64,000 bases of DNA from Phallusia mammillata (taxonomy: Eukaryota). Of the stretch, positions 1-15,000 are shown piece by piece. Location of the stretch: the NCBI GenBank assembly GCA_965637545.1, contig OZ281495.1, forward strand, positions 12,710,001 through 12,774,000, written 5' to 3'. Within the stretch, counting starts at the first letter, position 1. Each line of letters begins with the position of its first letter. The position numbers and the translations under genes were made by a program. The notes under the pieces are model-generated. The model worked only from the letters and a program-made list of their open reading frames with translations, made no database searches and was not told the DNA's origin.

Positions 1-98
1 TCCGTGCTGCTCTGAGCAGAGCCAAGCCCAGTCATCAATGGCTTGCTTGCATCCTTTAACGGGACTGAAGCCAAAACAGGCTTGTAGCTGTCAGTAAG
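1..98 (-). CDS. RhoGEF shared exon (partial): LTDSYKPVLASVPLKDASKPLMTGLGSAQSST
   Basis: Acceptor tctttgccag| at 98 (phase 0) and second acceptor ctgacag| at 87 (phase 2, same frame); open to the window edge. Confidence 0.65.
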
Positions 99-3000
99 CT
101 GGCAAAGAGTTTGAATTCCTTGTTGTATATGGGAATTCAAACAAGTTTCCCAGATCGGCCCAAAGGTGACCTATTCTATTATAGGAAGAAATATTTTGTT
201 CCGAGCAATTGTATCGTTAACCGTATCGACTGAAAATGATAATCTACATGATTGCAAACAGATTTAAGACTGCCCAACAAACGTTTTCATGATTTTTTTC
301 TCAAAATCAAGTCTTATCTTAGTTCTAATTTGAACGAAAAATAATTGCGCAAGTGCAACTTAACATTTTTTGCAGATAACTTTTTTCAATGCAAACCTTT
401 CGTTAGTGCTCATTTAATTATAGCTATCTTTTGTGGGCTAAATTCAGTAAAAATCTTCACGCAGAGATCAAACAAAAAGTCAATCATCAGATTCCAGCCA
501 CGAACCATAAGATTTTACTGCCAACCGCCATCTTGTCAATACACAGCGCAATAAATGACATCATACTTCAGTCGGGAGTGGATTGCGGGCAAAACCGAAG
601 TCGAGACGTTCCCAGTGGGGCATCAACGTAATATATACGTTGCAAATGTATGTTATCAAACAACCTGGCTTCTGGACTCCCCCACTGCGAACGGCTGTAA
701 TATTGGAATTCGCGACATGCGTTGCAGCATTCTAGGAATTCGGGCCAAAGATAACCGTTACCTTATAAAGTCTGTTACTATGTCAGATGCCTTTGTTTGC
801 GCAAGCTAAACATGTGGCGTTCTAAAATGCTGAAGTCTCAATGCAAACTGTGCCTAAATATGATACATACAGTTTTAGCTGCTGACGCGTTAGTTTGATG
901 CGCCCTCATAGAACAAGATTTACTGCCACATGAGACCAACAAAAGTGTTAAAAATTTACCTTTTTTAGTGCTGAATGCAGAGATCGCATAATTTCGTTAA
1001 CTAAACTGCAACTGAAGAATTTCTTCTTGCCGTTCCTCATAATTTTCCCTCAAACTTCTGCACTAGTCACACCAAACCGCAGCTTGCAAATGAGTAGCAG
1101 ACGTTGCAGCAAAACCAACTTCACGTCGCATCGGAATAAGGAGTTGTTTACCGCCGAAAAGGTTGGTGAAATTGGGACAAAAATAGCCGAAGGGGCGACA
1201 CAACATGCCTGCATGAGCGAACGAATAACCGCGTAATAGATGGACGATGGGTGTTGGGCATCAGACAGCGGCGCGCCGACGACTATTTGGCCAAGGCGAT
1301 CAATTTTGCACCCGGTTACCCGTCTACTACAGGGTCATCGTGCCTTGACGTGTTGATTCGTTGCGATAACCGCCCTCGGCGCAAGTATCGGGGGGTTCGG
1401 AAGGGGATGCGAGTAATTAATTAAAAGACTCGTTGTTATTGTCTAGATATTGGCGCGTGTTGTATGTAACAAGGCCACGCTCATTTGTAACATGACAAGC
1501 TGTGCTCGGTTTTTGGGGATTTCCAGTGGTTAGTGTTGCGCGCTTGGTATTTGATATAATAGTGCTTAAGTCGTATAAGTGCCAGACTCTGCAATCACAT
1601 CCATTTTTTTAATAATTACCGTGCATTGATGATGGCCGTCACGACAAACTAAATGTCAATTCCGCTATGCTGGCATCCGTACAACCGGTTACGATCGACA
1701 GCAGGCGCCAGCCGATGAAACCGATTCGCGGCCAAGAGTTCAAATGCAACAAACCACAAGAGTTATGCATTAGGGTTTGAAAAGTTTTTCAGTCAAACTA
1801 AATGACTCATTTGCCATGTTAGGTTTGTCACAGGAACAGCAGTTGTCGAGCAAACGTTGGTTTGGTGGTTGGCATAAATCGCGTACGTGTGCAAACGCTC
1901 ACGTTACAATGCACGTAAACAACGCGACAAACCAGCACGACCTTATGTTCAATGCATATCAGCTGTCCGTAAGGAAATGTATGCAAATACTACACCGCAT
2001 GTTAAGGTTAGCATTTTAGAGATGCTTGTTGCAGGAATGTACAAAAAAAGCTGTGTGCGTAACCACTGACAGCTTATATGTTTAAGCATGCGCCACTTTT
2101 CTTATTTCACAGCAACTTATATGGCACACGACACGAACAGTAAGAGACAAAAGTTTTCACGGAAATTAAGAAGCTCAGTATCTGACTAAATCTAATACTG
2201 ACTAAGAATAGGTCGTTTTTAGTGGGAACAGATACCAAAGTGGCATATGCCTACTGGCCAACTGACCGAAGTAAATTAGATGAAACTACAAACGAATCTT
2301 TACTTTCACTTCTTTACATTGCTGGTCCATTATAGCCATTCATCAAATCTTAAGTTCATCTTTTACCTGCTGAATTTTCTTCTGTCGAAATACAACCGGC
2401 TGTGTCTTGTACGGTGGCGGGGAAAACGTATACCAAATACTGCTCGAGTTTAATTTATCCGGGTCGCCACCGTTGGCGAGAGATCTAATGAGCGCCTCGG
2501 CTCCGTGGGATCCGCTCCGACCCTTTTTCGAATCCATTCTTCCATGCATTTAATCCAGTGCGCGGGATTACAGGTCCCAGTACGCTATATCACAGTGTAG
2601 TCCTACGCTAATATACAGTGTTCTACAAGTGAAAGCATATCACTGCCTGTTGTACGTTAGTCTGGACTCTGAATCATGTTTCGACCACGCACATCTGTAC
2701 CTGGGTTACACTATGTTGGATAAATCTGGCTTAAGTGTGTCACTTTTCTAATACTGTTACTAATAGTGACAGAGTGAATCCTTTTGGTGATTCAGACGAG
2801 TTCACATTTACCCAGGACGCAAGTGAATTTAACATATTTGACTCGTAGTCCCTATCAAGTATAGTACATTCATTTAGGCTCTATTTGTTTCCAGCAAGTT
2901 GCGTCATTATTAATAACTATCAGTATAGGCTAAAGCAACTTGCTGCATAATTCTAATATCAAGAAAATATCTTATAAATCTTTGTTTCGACAAATTTTTA

Positions 3001-6000
3001 GATTCTAGGCTGAAATACCTTGCTGTTAACGCAATTTTGCTACTCAAGCCTGATCTGTGGCTAAATAACTCATGCTTACCCCAGTATTGGGCAGCAAAAC
3101 ATTGTGATGCACAACAAGCATTGTGTGACCCGAACTGCGCAGTTGTGAGCGTGAGAGCTCGCTTTGAACAGGAAATAGGGGACGTCATCATGGCACGACT
3201 GCATAGAGTCGCTAAATTTTAGTGTGCATCTTTCTCGAGTCATCAAATTGCAATTGTATCCAGCAAGCGCTCAACTGTGCCTTCTGTTACAAGGAAGTTA
3301 GCTGGCTGCAATCTTTTTGACAGGTATAAGATAACGCACCGCGAATTTTTAAAGTGTAGGCAAATATACGACAGACATGTACAGTTAGATTAGAGTGCAA
3401 GGCATAGGCGTGTTATTAGTCAGCGGATGCAAGACCATTGAACGGGCGCTTGTGACGTACCGTCGCCTAAGAGAATTTCTTTTTCTGTTCGCCTACAAGC
3501 TATAGTTTAGGCACACATAGCAATAGGCATCGAAGTAACTTGTCCATTTCAAATCTGTGTTCAAATTCTTAAGTGTGCTTTACATGACTCACTTTAATGA
3601 TAAAAAATCAATCCTCACTAAAACTGATTTACAGACACATGCACTATTGTACTAAAACTTTGCACTGAGAATTCCTAGTGTAACTTTACCCTATTGCCTA
3701 CCTAATGCAATCTCTAACTCTCACACCTCAATAACCTAAAACACGTTTCATGAGATCTTCAACCAAACTGTTTTCGTTGATTCATACCAAATTTGCTACA
3801 AAGCTGACTGTCCGTGCGGATTCTGAACCCGCGTTAGCATTTCGGGTCCTAACAAATCTAAACAGACCACATACAAAGCTTTTGACTCAAACAAAACTTC
3901 TACGTTGTCATCGTGCGGCGACTGAGATTTTCCGTACTGCGGTCACTTCCTATGCCACAATAAACTGCAAAGCACACGCTTTAATCCGCAATCTACGCTG
4001 GGAACAATGCTCTCACAACTGTTCGATCGATTCACGAGAGGGACGACACGCCAGGGACACAATGCTCGCAGTGAATCATAAGACCTTTTGGTGGAGAAAG
4101 CGTCTTGCATTATTTATCATACAACCATCAGCAGGTCAGACGTTTGCAACCTGATGTACTACAAATGTTTTAATGCTGTTTGATTGTAGTATTGCATGAT
4201 TTGGAGGTAAACGTAAGTAAGCAAAATTGTGTTGGTTTGGGAAATAAGTATGTTTTAAGAAACTCCGGGGGGCATTTTACCTAATTTGATTTTGAAAAGT
4301 TGTTACAAGGTGTGAACGGAGAAAGAGTAAAATCCTTGATTGGCAAAAAGACTGCTTTTCCAGTAACATATTGCACCCTTTTTTGAAATGTTTGGGAAGT
4401 TGAATTTGTCATAAGATGAGTAACTTCGTTTTTTTGGGCAAGGAAGTTATTTTTGCTGTGATCGGAGTTGGAAGTGCTTTTGTTGGTGTAGATAGTATTC
4501 ATTCGTTAATTGCTTTAATAAATAGCGGCTATCAATACCTTGCAACAACGTCCGCTTCTCATTAACTCAGCCATGCGCGCTGTTCGAGCCTCTCAATATT
4601 TCTGCACTATTTTAAGTAGTTACTGGCGCGTCTTTGTAATGTAAGCGTGCTTAATCCACAAATACTGTAGGCGCTAGGCCTAGGGAATATTTGTGAAATT
4701 TTCTCCACATTGCGCCAACTTCTTCAAGGTTTAAACCAGGACAGCTGCATGGCAAAGGCCGGAAGGAAGGTGGTTCCGCTGAAACAAACGCTAATTGCAA
4801 GTGTTGAATTGTTTCCGATTACCTCTGCCATGCAAAGTACGACAAACATGGCAGCAAGCGGAAGTTCTGACATCACCATGACCATTGTTGTTGTGTTTTG
4901 TAATAAAAGTGATTTTCGAACGCATTTTTGATAACAGTGTTTTCTCATGGCTGATAATTTTTTTCAATGCTGAAACTTTATACGTGGTAAAAAACTAAAA
5001 AACTTGTTGTACTAACCTTGAAGTTCTTTTTGCCGTTTGCTTCTTTTGAGTCAGAAGTCGAATCGTACGAGTCTAAAGAACAAAGCAAAACATTTAGATC
5101 AAAGTTAAAAACACACACCCACATTTGCACTTTAAACAATAAACAGTGTTCGCAACTATACCTGTTCATAGGATATGAAATTTTGACACCTGCTTTAACA
5201 GTACTTAAGTTAATGAATTATTAAATACACCCAAAAATCCTGCAATAAAAAGACACAGTTTTACTGCCATCTGCCGGACAAGACAATGCTGCATTTACGA
5301 AATACACATTAACCACAATAAAATTCTTGTCTCGCAGCAAAAATAAATTGGTGTAGTAAGTAGAGAAATGTTTTATACCAAGGCGAGCACCACCTCAAGC
5401 ATCAGTTAACCAATTAACCATGGCGCCATGTTTTCGCGCCATGCAGAAGCTAATCTTGCAATCCCACTTGGCGAACAAAGACAACACGTGAGAATTAAGG
5501 GATTTTGTTATTGTCCTCTTCAGAAGGAACAATGCACAGACTACTGTTGCTGTTTTGCACAAAAACGAAACCAGAGTCGTGGGAAAGGCTGTGGGAACAG
5601 GATTGGATACCGAATGGATTTTGACTGTCCAAACGTAACTTTTGTTTATGACTGATTGCTGTTCATCTTGATCTAAATGAGAGCGCAAAGTGAAACCCTG
5701 GGAGTTAACACTAATAACAGAGTCTAAAGATAACCTTTGGGGTCACTTTGTTACTTTATAAAGCTTTAAACGCAATTTATAAAGTACCCCCAAACGCCAT
5801 TTTTTAAAAAGTTTCTTTTGTTGGTAAAATGCCACATTGCATTTCATTTACATTCAGACGAATGAAAAAACAACAACACTCCGAATAAAGCAATACAACA
5901 CATCTCGCTTTTAGGTAAGCCATGCTAAAGTTAATGTGAAAACGCCTACGGAAAACTGTTCATTGTCTGATCACATGATCCATCGAAACCAACCAAGCAT

Positions 6001-9000
6001 GTCAAACAATGGGTGTGACGTTTCTCCTAGCGTTGGAATACAATTGAATTTTCCCAGTGAAAAATGCGATCACCTACAGCAAAATACTACTAATTTTAGA
6101 CGACCTTCTACTAAACGCTGTGACTCATTCTCACAAGACTAAGGACGACCAGACTGCTGGCACCTTGCTAGTTTCAACTTTCAAGGTCCTTCAGGTATAG
6201 GTTGTTGCGATTTCCATGGGTTCAATTCTTCACTTACGTTGCAACAAGTTGCAAGTAAATAACACGTATCACAAACAATAAGTTTTTAGTTTCGGCAAAA
6301 ATGACTCAAATATACAAATCGATCTAAGTCTAAGAACACAAAATCCTATTGACCACAAAAACACGCGAATCCTTCAGAAATCATACACCTGATGTTTTTC
6401 TCACAACATTCGGCTGTCCGCCCACTGCCTATCCCGTCTGACTAACAAAACCACCACTTGGCTGTCCTTCAAAAGCGAACGACCTCCCAGGTGTGTGGGA
6501 ACGACGTTGACACACAAGGGGCAAAACACACATGTTACAGGAGATCCGCATTTAGAGCAAAATAGACCTTACGTGTTCTTCGAGGTTTTCGAGGCATCTA
6601 ATGGCTGTCGAGTATCTTTCAGTATCCACAAGTGCTGGTGCAATCGCCTTGATGTGTTTATGATCCAAGTACTGCTCGTTAAGCCACTGAGAGTTCGACT
6701 TGCGCAGTTTACGGCCAACAAAGCGACTTCAATGGGTTGAACTAAACCGGCGTACACAGATGCAATACCGCAGAAGTAATAGACGCAACGATTCAAAGAA
6801 CATTCGTGCCAAGCAACTGCCAAACATCTTAATAAGCTTTCTTCATTGCCTTTTGCTTTCACGAGGATCGTGGCCAATCGAATGCAACTCGACGCGTATT
6901 AGATGCACTAACATTTCACGTTGGAAGTAGCGCGCATTCTCGACCCAATGCAAATCACACATAACCTTAGCAGAACTCGCCACAGTGGGTTGTTAGACAA
7001 CCTTTCTCAACGCGCCCCTTTGCCTTCAGTAAGACACTAACAGAAATGAATCCTGGTTGGAAAGAAAACGCCTTTTGTGGAGCGACAGAGGAAAGGATGG
7101 AAACCTAAACAAATTCACTATGTCGTACAGTGCATCACGTGACGTAGGTACGACGTCAGTACCAAGGAGGACTGTAAATTCCTAACGTTTCAAAAATTGA
7201 TGTTTTTTGTATGAACCTATTTCGTTCCCATAAAGATTACTTTAATGACAATTGATTTTTGTTGCGTTCCTAGACGCATTCTATCGTATTGCCTTCTTTG
7301 TCCAGCCCAATGAAATAGAATGTTAAACTTATGTCCAATACTGTCTTTAAGGCACAATTTAATATTCCAATGAACCAAAGAAGCAACAATAGTAAATCTA
7401 GTTCAATCCTGAGCTGTGCATAACTAATTCAAACTGCAACCGAATAGGACAGAGCAATCTGTGCCCTTCACAACGACACACTAAAGAAGCTTGCTTCACA
7501 ATGTTGCAACAGACAACCGCTCAAACCACAGCAACGCTCATAAAGAACATCGCACTGACGCTCTGCACCAAGACCGTGTTCGCACTTGGGCGACAAGTGC
7601 CAGCGAAAATATGCGGAGTGGAGTGACGAGAGTTTGCTGGCTCGACGAGTCTTGCGGTGTTGACATGAGGGCAACTCAACAAACATCAGAGTTGCCCAGT
7701 AACCTGAACTGTTTGGTGACCAGACAACGTAAAAGCACTGACCAGTTGTACTGCGTGGGCTTACAGTGCGTTTCTGAAGAGAGTTCTAAGTAATCATGGG
7801 GATTTTAAGGCAAAGCTAATGTTGATTCAGCGGACACAAACAGATATTGTGTACAGTGAAACGCAAACACTTCATAGAAGCTGCACAATGCGCCTGTCGG
7901 TGACTGCTGGGAAATACCAGCGCCTAACCATAAAAAACACCGCTTGATTTGATGTGCAAAGCAAAACGTACTTACATTTCGGAGAGTATTTCACCACAAA
8001 ACCACCCGAGACAAACATTTTGTCAGCACCAGCAGAAAGAACTCTTCCTTAAAAACCAGCATCGACTCTGTACCCATACCAAGACTAACTGAATACTGTT
8101 TTGCGCCTGAATAGACTCGTTCAAAGATCTCGCACGCGATTCAAAAACACGTCAAGCAGCGTACTTGAACGTTCGACGTGATCCGGGCATTAATCCGACG
8201 ATAATCGTGCGACCTGGGGGTGGCCACATCAAGAGGCAACTCCATGTTATCGCTGTTGTAAAAACACGCGCCAGCACAACAGGGTCAAGTGGGTGGTGTT
8301 ACGGAATAGGCGAAATTTTTAGATGGGAAGATACAAAGGCAGGTCGGCCGAGGGCTACGAAATCCATGCGTTTCTTCTCAATGTACAAAGGTTTATTATA
8401 ATGAAGTATGAAATGTGGGAAGATTCATCACCAAGATGGATTTCAAATTTGGATTTAACAACACTTTAAAAAACACTATAAGAGTTATGGTTACTCCGTA
8501 CCATGTTTAGTTAGAAACGACATCGGTTTTACTGTTTTTTGGCAAACACCTACATAAAACCAAAGTGCCTTAATTCATAACCAAGGTTGCTGGGCAACAC
8601 AAAACTAGACAGTGCACAAACATATCATTCACCAATGACTTTATGATTATGCCGCACAAACAGCCAGGCAGCCCAATAGTGAGTTACGCAATTGACATTA
8701 GGCGTGGCTGGCACAGGGTTGACCACATTTAACGAGCCGAAAGTTAGTGCTGGTGGGAGCTGGTGTGAAGCCCGAAATCATGTGATCAAGGGTCTTAGTT
8801 GGGCCGTTGGGACCTTTGCAAGGCAAGTTGTAAATACCAAAGGGTTCTTATGAGAGAAATAACATGCATTAGGTTGCTGAAGGTCGAAGAACTGGAACGG
8901 TACTGGTAAAAGATCACCAAAGGTCACCATGTTCTTTTATGTAGTTCTTTGAACCTCAGGTATTATTTTTATTCTACAACTGAATTACATATGTTTCATA

Positions 9001-12000
9001 TGAACAGGTCCGTAGTGCTGTTCATATTATTTATATACAAGATATAATTGTGCTAACAACGCAAATACATGATGAAAGTTACATAAAACACATATAGAGG
9101 GTCATTTCGAATTATAACTCAATCTACTTAGCGTCACAGACAAACTGTCTTTGTTCATTACATACAAATAATCAACTCCTCAAAAAACATAACCTCAGTC
9201 CAAACAATTGCGTTCAAGATTTTGTTTACACTTGGCCTTGAAACAACATGCCGCTGTCCGTAACCTTGCTATCAATACACATTACACCACCTCCCTGAAA
9301 CTCAATGCAAATGCACTTGTCTCCCTGACACAGGTCTCTCATATGAGCCACACAAATGAGGCACAGTGCCATTATAACACAGCAAAACGCATCACCGGAA
9401 AGCCATCGAAACAGCAACAAGGGGCCGAACCTGCCATGTGAACTTCAAAGCGGTGTAAGTCGCATGCCTTATGGCAGATCGCAATTCCCTGTGACTGTTG
9501 GCGCAGGTTAAGGGAAGCCCCTAAGAACTACGGTACACGGCTTTCTCAGCAGACTCAAGACGCCTACTGCACCAGGCCGTGCAATCACTTTGCAGTTACG
9601 GCGGGTATATTCAGGCCTGTTTCTTATCCAACATTCTTGTTAAAAAGAGTGTTCCGGTTATGCTATTGCATTTCTATGTTTTATTCTACTAAGTAACAAC
9701 TAGTGTTGACTGCCACAATTCACAACTTGTTTGCCAAAACAGCACTAGATATAACACATCTAAAGAAACATTAGGTCCTGAAAACCCTACTACCCAAACT
9801 ATTGACCCTTATAGTACAGCACAGACATCTCTTGATCAACCCTGTAGCCTTCAATTCCTTCGGGTGCCCAGGGCCGTGCAGCAATGCTCGGCGTCATTTT
9901 TGGGAGCGCAAGTTGCCGAGCCGGTTATCGCATCTGTCTGCTAACGAGGGAACAGTCAAACACATTACGTCAGCCCGTCAAACACATTACGTCAGCGCGA
10001 ACTGCCAATGTACGCCAGGGCAAGGTTCGAAATGGAATAATGATTGAAAGTCGATCGGGGGAAAACCGTTCAGGTCAGAGCAATCCTCTATGTTGTTTCA
10101 CATAAAAAAAAAGTTACTGAAACTCTGGGTCTGGAATCCTAACAATAAAATTCCACAGAAATATTCCCCTTCAACAAACATTACATTTCTTTTGCGGTTG
10201 CTGTTAGGTGTAAAATGCCAGTTATACAATATTGATAACACATGTTAAGCTCTCTTTCCACACAACGTGATTTGTGCTTGTTCCTAACTGACGAATGTAC
10301 GTACATACGTATTTCTAACTGTATTATCACCAACAACCAGCTTACTACAAATTGTGGTAACTGAGGCGAAAGCAAATAATCCACCACAAGGCTTCGACAA
10401 AAACACAATGAGGTGCAGACAGGCATTCTAATTTCGACAAAGCAGTGACAGCGGCGCGTGCGTGGATACCAGTTCTAAGTGCGTCCAGAACAATGCCTTA
10501 CTCGAACTCTTGCGACCTTTCGGCTACCTCACGGTCGTCAACAACTCGCCGGAGACTTTGCCGCTCACAGCACGTCAACACAAGAATTGGTTGCACGGTC
10601 CACTTCGCATATGACTGTTTTTCCCCAACAAAGCATGTGTAATAAACAAACTAAATTCGGTATTGTCGATGCACTTGGCATAATAAATAAAGATTTCAGG
10701 ATTTCTGTGACTTTTAAAACGCAATGCTATGTTAAAGTTAATGTTGCAATTTTTGCCGTAAACGTAGACACAACTAGATCACAATGCTTGTCACCAGTAA
10801 CAGACCGAGAAATTCAAGAACGACTAAACAAGGCTGAATTACAAACAGTCAGCAATAGCAAATCTTCTTCAGGCGCGTTAACCACAAACTTGTGCGTACA
10901 CACAACTAAAAACCAACTGCTAAAAAGTCGCCAATGCCGCTGTAGCGACCGTGTCAATATTTACCAAAATCGAGGAGGCGGTCGTTTATTGGGGAAAAAA
11001 TCAATTTAAGAAGCGCACGACAAGTCGTATTTTGTGCAGGCTTCCTAAAGCAAACAAACTTGAAAAGCTAGTGCGGTGGAAAGTACGTCGTAATAAGGAT
11101 GTTGACTTGTCGTTATGAAAACTAGATCTGTGGCAATCGGACGATGAACTAATATGATGAAGGCCAAAGTGATTAATACCCATGTAGGAGTCAACTTAAA
11201 TGAGTTTCTTACACAGTTAAATGATAATGTTAAGAATGGAAATTAGCAGTCCAAATGTTGTGTTGTGGCAAATTGATGTTGTACCAGATACTGTATTCGA
11301 AACATTTGATGACTTTAATGTACTGAAAGCAGTGTTTCATACCGGAACGGAACGGAACGTTATACCGGAACGAAATAAATATTTTTTGGCTCAAATACCG
11401 GAACGAAATACCGAAATAAAAAATATTCAAAATACCGGAACGGAACGAAATACCGTTAAATTTTATTCCGGTATTTCGTTCTGGACATTTGACATGATAC
11501 AATTGCTCAAACATTTTGCGCCGTTAGGCTATAATAAAAATTGAAGCTCCTGCAATTTACATCTGTTTGACCATCATTGACAAATGTTATGTGACGTAAC
11601 AACTATCGACAGTAATTATTGTGTGTTGCAACTTTCTTCCTTTTTTCGCTTAATAGTTGCAAAGACCACAAAGAAATGTTCGTTTGTTAAGACCGAAATA
11701 CCGAAAAATACCGTTATAAATTTATTTCGGTCAGACCGGAACGAAATGAAAATATCGGTCCAGAACGAAATACCGAAATAAATAATTTGCTCAGAACGAA
11801 TAACGTTATTTGGTTTCGTTCCGTTCCGGTATGAAACACTGACTGAAAGTACATTTTATTCACCCATGTTTAATTATAAAAATAAATAAATAAGAAAACA
11901 GTTAAGACCAACTATTAGTCGCGAAAACTTTCAATACATATTACATATCATCCTAAAACTGGAAAGGCACAAAACATGGTGCCGAGAAAATGCCGATATC

Positions 12001-15000
12001 TTAAGTGTTGTTCAGCATGAAAACCCACTCGCCCGGTTTGAGTGCAATCCGCTAACCAACATATCTCTAATTTATCGATCAAACGGAAATATATCATGCA
12101 TATCTTTTTGACAAGTTATGCAATATAAGTGAAGTACCTGCTCGTCGATTCGGCACTCGAGACAAATGACTTACCGCCCAGAAGATAATAGGTTTACGGA
12201 GGGATTAACTGACGCATTCAGTTGCCACGCAACGCCCAAAAGCGCATTTATTCGTGAACTAACCGGCGATGCAACACTACAGTTAACGAAATGTATTCCT
12301 AATGGAAAACTCCTAAATGTTTTCCTGTTAAGATGAATTAAGAGCCCAAATAAAGTTTGAGCACATGTGTTTTATTAATTCGACCTGGCGTATGTATGTG
12401 AAAAATGTGCTTATTATTACAATACTGTTTTGGCACCAAATCAACTAACTAATTCAATATTGCACTCAACCATGGCAATCACATCCTTCACTAAATCTCC
12501 TTCTATTAACAGCAAACTACATTCATAACGCTTTCGGAAATAACTAAAGTCTTGCAACGCTTTGCACTTGTAACTGGGTTGGCATTTTTCCGCCAAAGAG
12601 TGATAAATGACCTTAGCCGAGATTTACGACTTTCCCACAAGCCTCCACCAAAGCCCGCTAATGCAAGTTGACGGGCAAAAACCATTGCGATACCGGCTCA
12701 CACACATTAAGTGTTGACAGCTTCGATCAGTCGTCGGAATGCTCGACCATTCGTGAAGATAAGGCTGGAAGCAGTGGATTCGGTTTCGCTGACTTTACCA
12801 GCTAACTACATTGCGGTTCATATGCTAGGCGATCTTAAAAATAGTGCTCTTCAAATACACAGTTTGAAATAAAGTTGACTTAATCAGAAATAAATCCTTC
12901 CACTATTCGAATCCTTTTTAAATGTTCGTAGCCGGTGTTGGTTACGTTCTGTGGGCTAAAATTCTTGGACAAAAATCATTTTTAGATGAGCAATTATTGT
13001 GAGGTCACAAAAGTTTATTGAAATATTATAACTTACACCACAATTACCCGCAAAAAGCCACATCAGTGGTGTGGGGCAAAGCCTTGCAAAACCAGTCTAG
13101 AACCCAAACTCAACATTTAGTGTGCAATAATCTGCAAATGGTCGCTATTTAAAAATCTATGCAACGTTCTAGCACACAAGGCCAAGTAGAATCACTTTTT
13201 AGACACAACAATCTTCAACAGGCCCAGCTACATTAATACTGCACTGATACTGACTGTAGCTTGGAGAGAGTGTGATATACACCAGACCGGCACGGAGTTT
13301 CCCCACCCCCGTTAAACCACAAAGGCGCAAACTGGTGGCTACATGTTCGTAGTACACCGTTCCGCCTTCTGCTTTTGTAAAGGCCGCCCTCTTTTTTTCT
13401 AGGCACACAGCAAACGTTGACTCAGTGTTTGCGATTTCCTTGATGTTCGAGAACTAGCCTTAGGGAAGAACCTACTCAATATTAAACAATTTCTGTTTGC
13501 AGAGAAAAAATACAGTTTAATTCCGTGGGTGCCGTCTATATTTGGTTCAAGTATTACCATGTCAATTCAATGATGTTTTCCACCATAACTGTCTGCAGCT
13601 GTGCCTACGCATTCGGTGCACTTTACAGTCACACCCGAAAAGGAGTCAGTTAATGCAATTCCTTATAATTTCTACAAAGAAAATTCCGCGGTTTTTGCGC
13701 AGACATCGTAAAACGTTCCTCCCGAAGAAGCCTTTGTTCAGAACAAATTCCGTGTCTTTTACAAGTTCAAGTCCGTCAGTGGCGTATAACAGACAGGCGC
13801 TTACGTATTTCAAAGCCCAGCAAGGCGTACGAACAGACGAGATACACTTCCTCAAGCTATTTCCTACACACCGGCCTTTACGCTGTATTCGAAGGCCTGA
13901 ACATGACCTCAGCAAAAGCTGTTATTACAGAATCATGTTATTCATGCGGACGCTGCTCGTCAGTTTATCGACCTTAGCTTTGTATGTCTTTCCAGGCGAA
14001 ACAGGAAATCTGGTAATGGCAAGGTATAGCGCGACTTGCGGTCGGATAAATACACGCGCCGTGCGGTGCTATCTCGTTGTGACTGCCAAGTGCACACTAC
14101 AGAAATCACAATGTATATTCATTTGAACTAGTCTAAAAACACAAGAAACGCACATGGTTATGGGTAACTTCTATTTTTTGTCGGTTAATTTATTTGTCTT
14201 CAATGGCTGCCTGCAAAACCACACCGAGTGCTAAAAAAGTAGGCCTAATGCTTTGTTTTTACTTCCTTCTAACGGATTTTGTACACATTCATTTCCACAC
14301 CACACCAGCAAACCTAAACGCTCATTATCGAAGCCCTGGTGCCCACAAACAGTAGGTAAACATTATTTCAACCGTCAAAATTCCAAGCGGTGCGCATTTT
14401 GGGCGCCCACGACATTTTCATTTACTTGCTCCAACAAAACCCTTAGTAGGGCAGTTCGAGGGTGGGACCGGAACGACGTCTATTGTCATGTCGCGCGAAC
14501 ACGAACGACAAAATGCTCGACATTGCGCGGGCCCTGTGGCGATTCGAACGGGAACTCAATTACTAAGGTAATCTCCTCCCTGGTGACGCAATGACAAATG
14601 TACACAGAAGACACCTGCTTAGTTGTTGCCCCTGTGACGTGGATTTACGACCATGCGAACAGGAATACTCGACAACGTCGGATATAAAGCAATGTTGCGC
14701 AACTGTATATCTCACACTTCAAACAATCCAGTGGTAATTATAGGAAAATTATACCACCTAAAAACGTAAACGCACGTAAACAGTGACCTTTCTTGTATAG
14801 GTTTCTAGGCTGACTTATATCTGCATATCTGATAGTGCTCGCTACAGTGAGCCTAAGAAGGTCATCGTTGCTTTTTGCCTGGTTTTGTTGAAAATACACA
14901 ACTTTACTATAGTAAAGATACCTTCGCAGTTGATAGCCTCCAAGCCCTAATCCAGAATCACATTTTAAAGGTCAGTATATCCCAACTCCTAAACAAAGTT

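Noticed and set aside
10479-11009. 176-aa plus-strand ORF
   Set aside because: Non-ATG start, no recognisable domain or splice context, composition typical of random sequence
11221-11781. ORFs with repeated TERN/IPE peptides
   Set aside because: Translation artefacts of the MITE subterminal repeats
13542-14126. 194-aa plus-strand ORF
   Set aside because: TTG start, no homology recognised, no supporting exon chain
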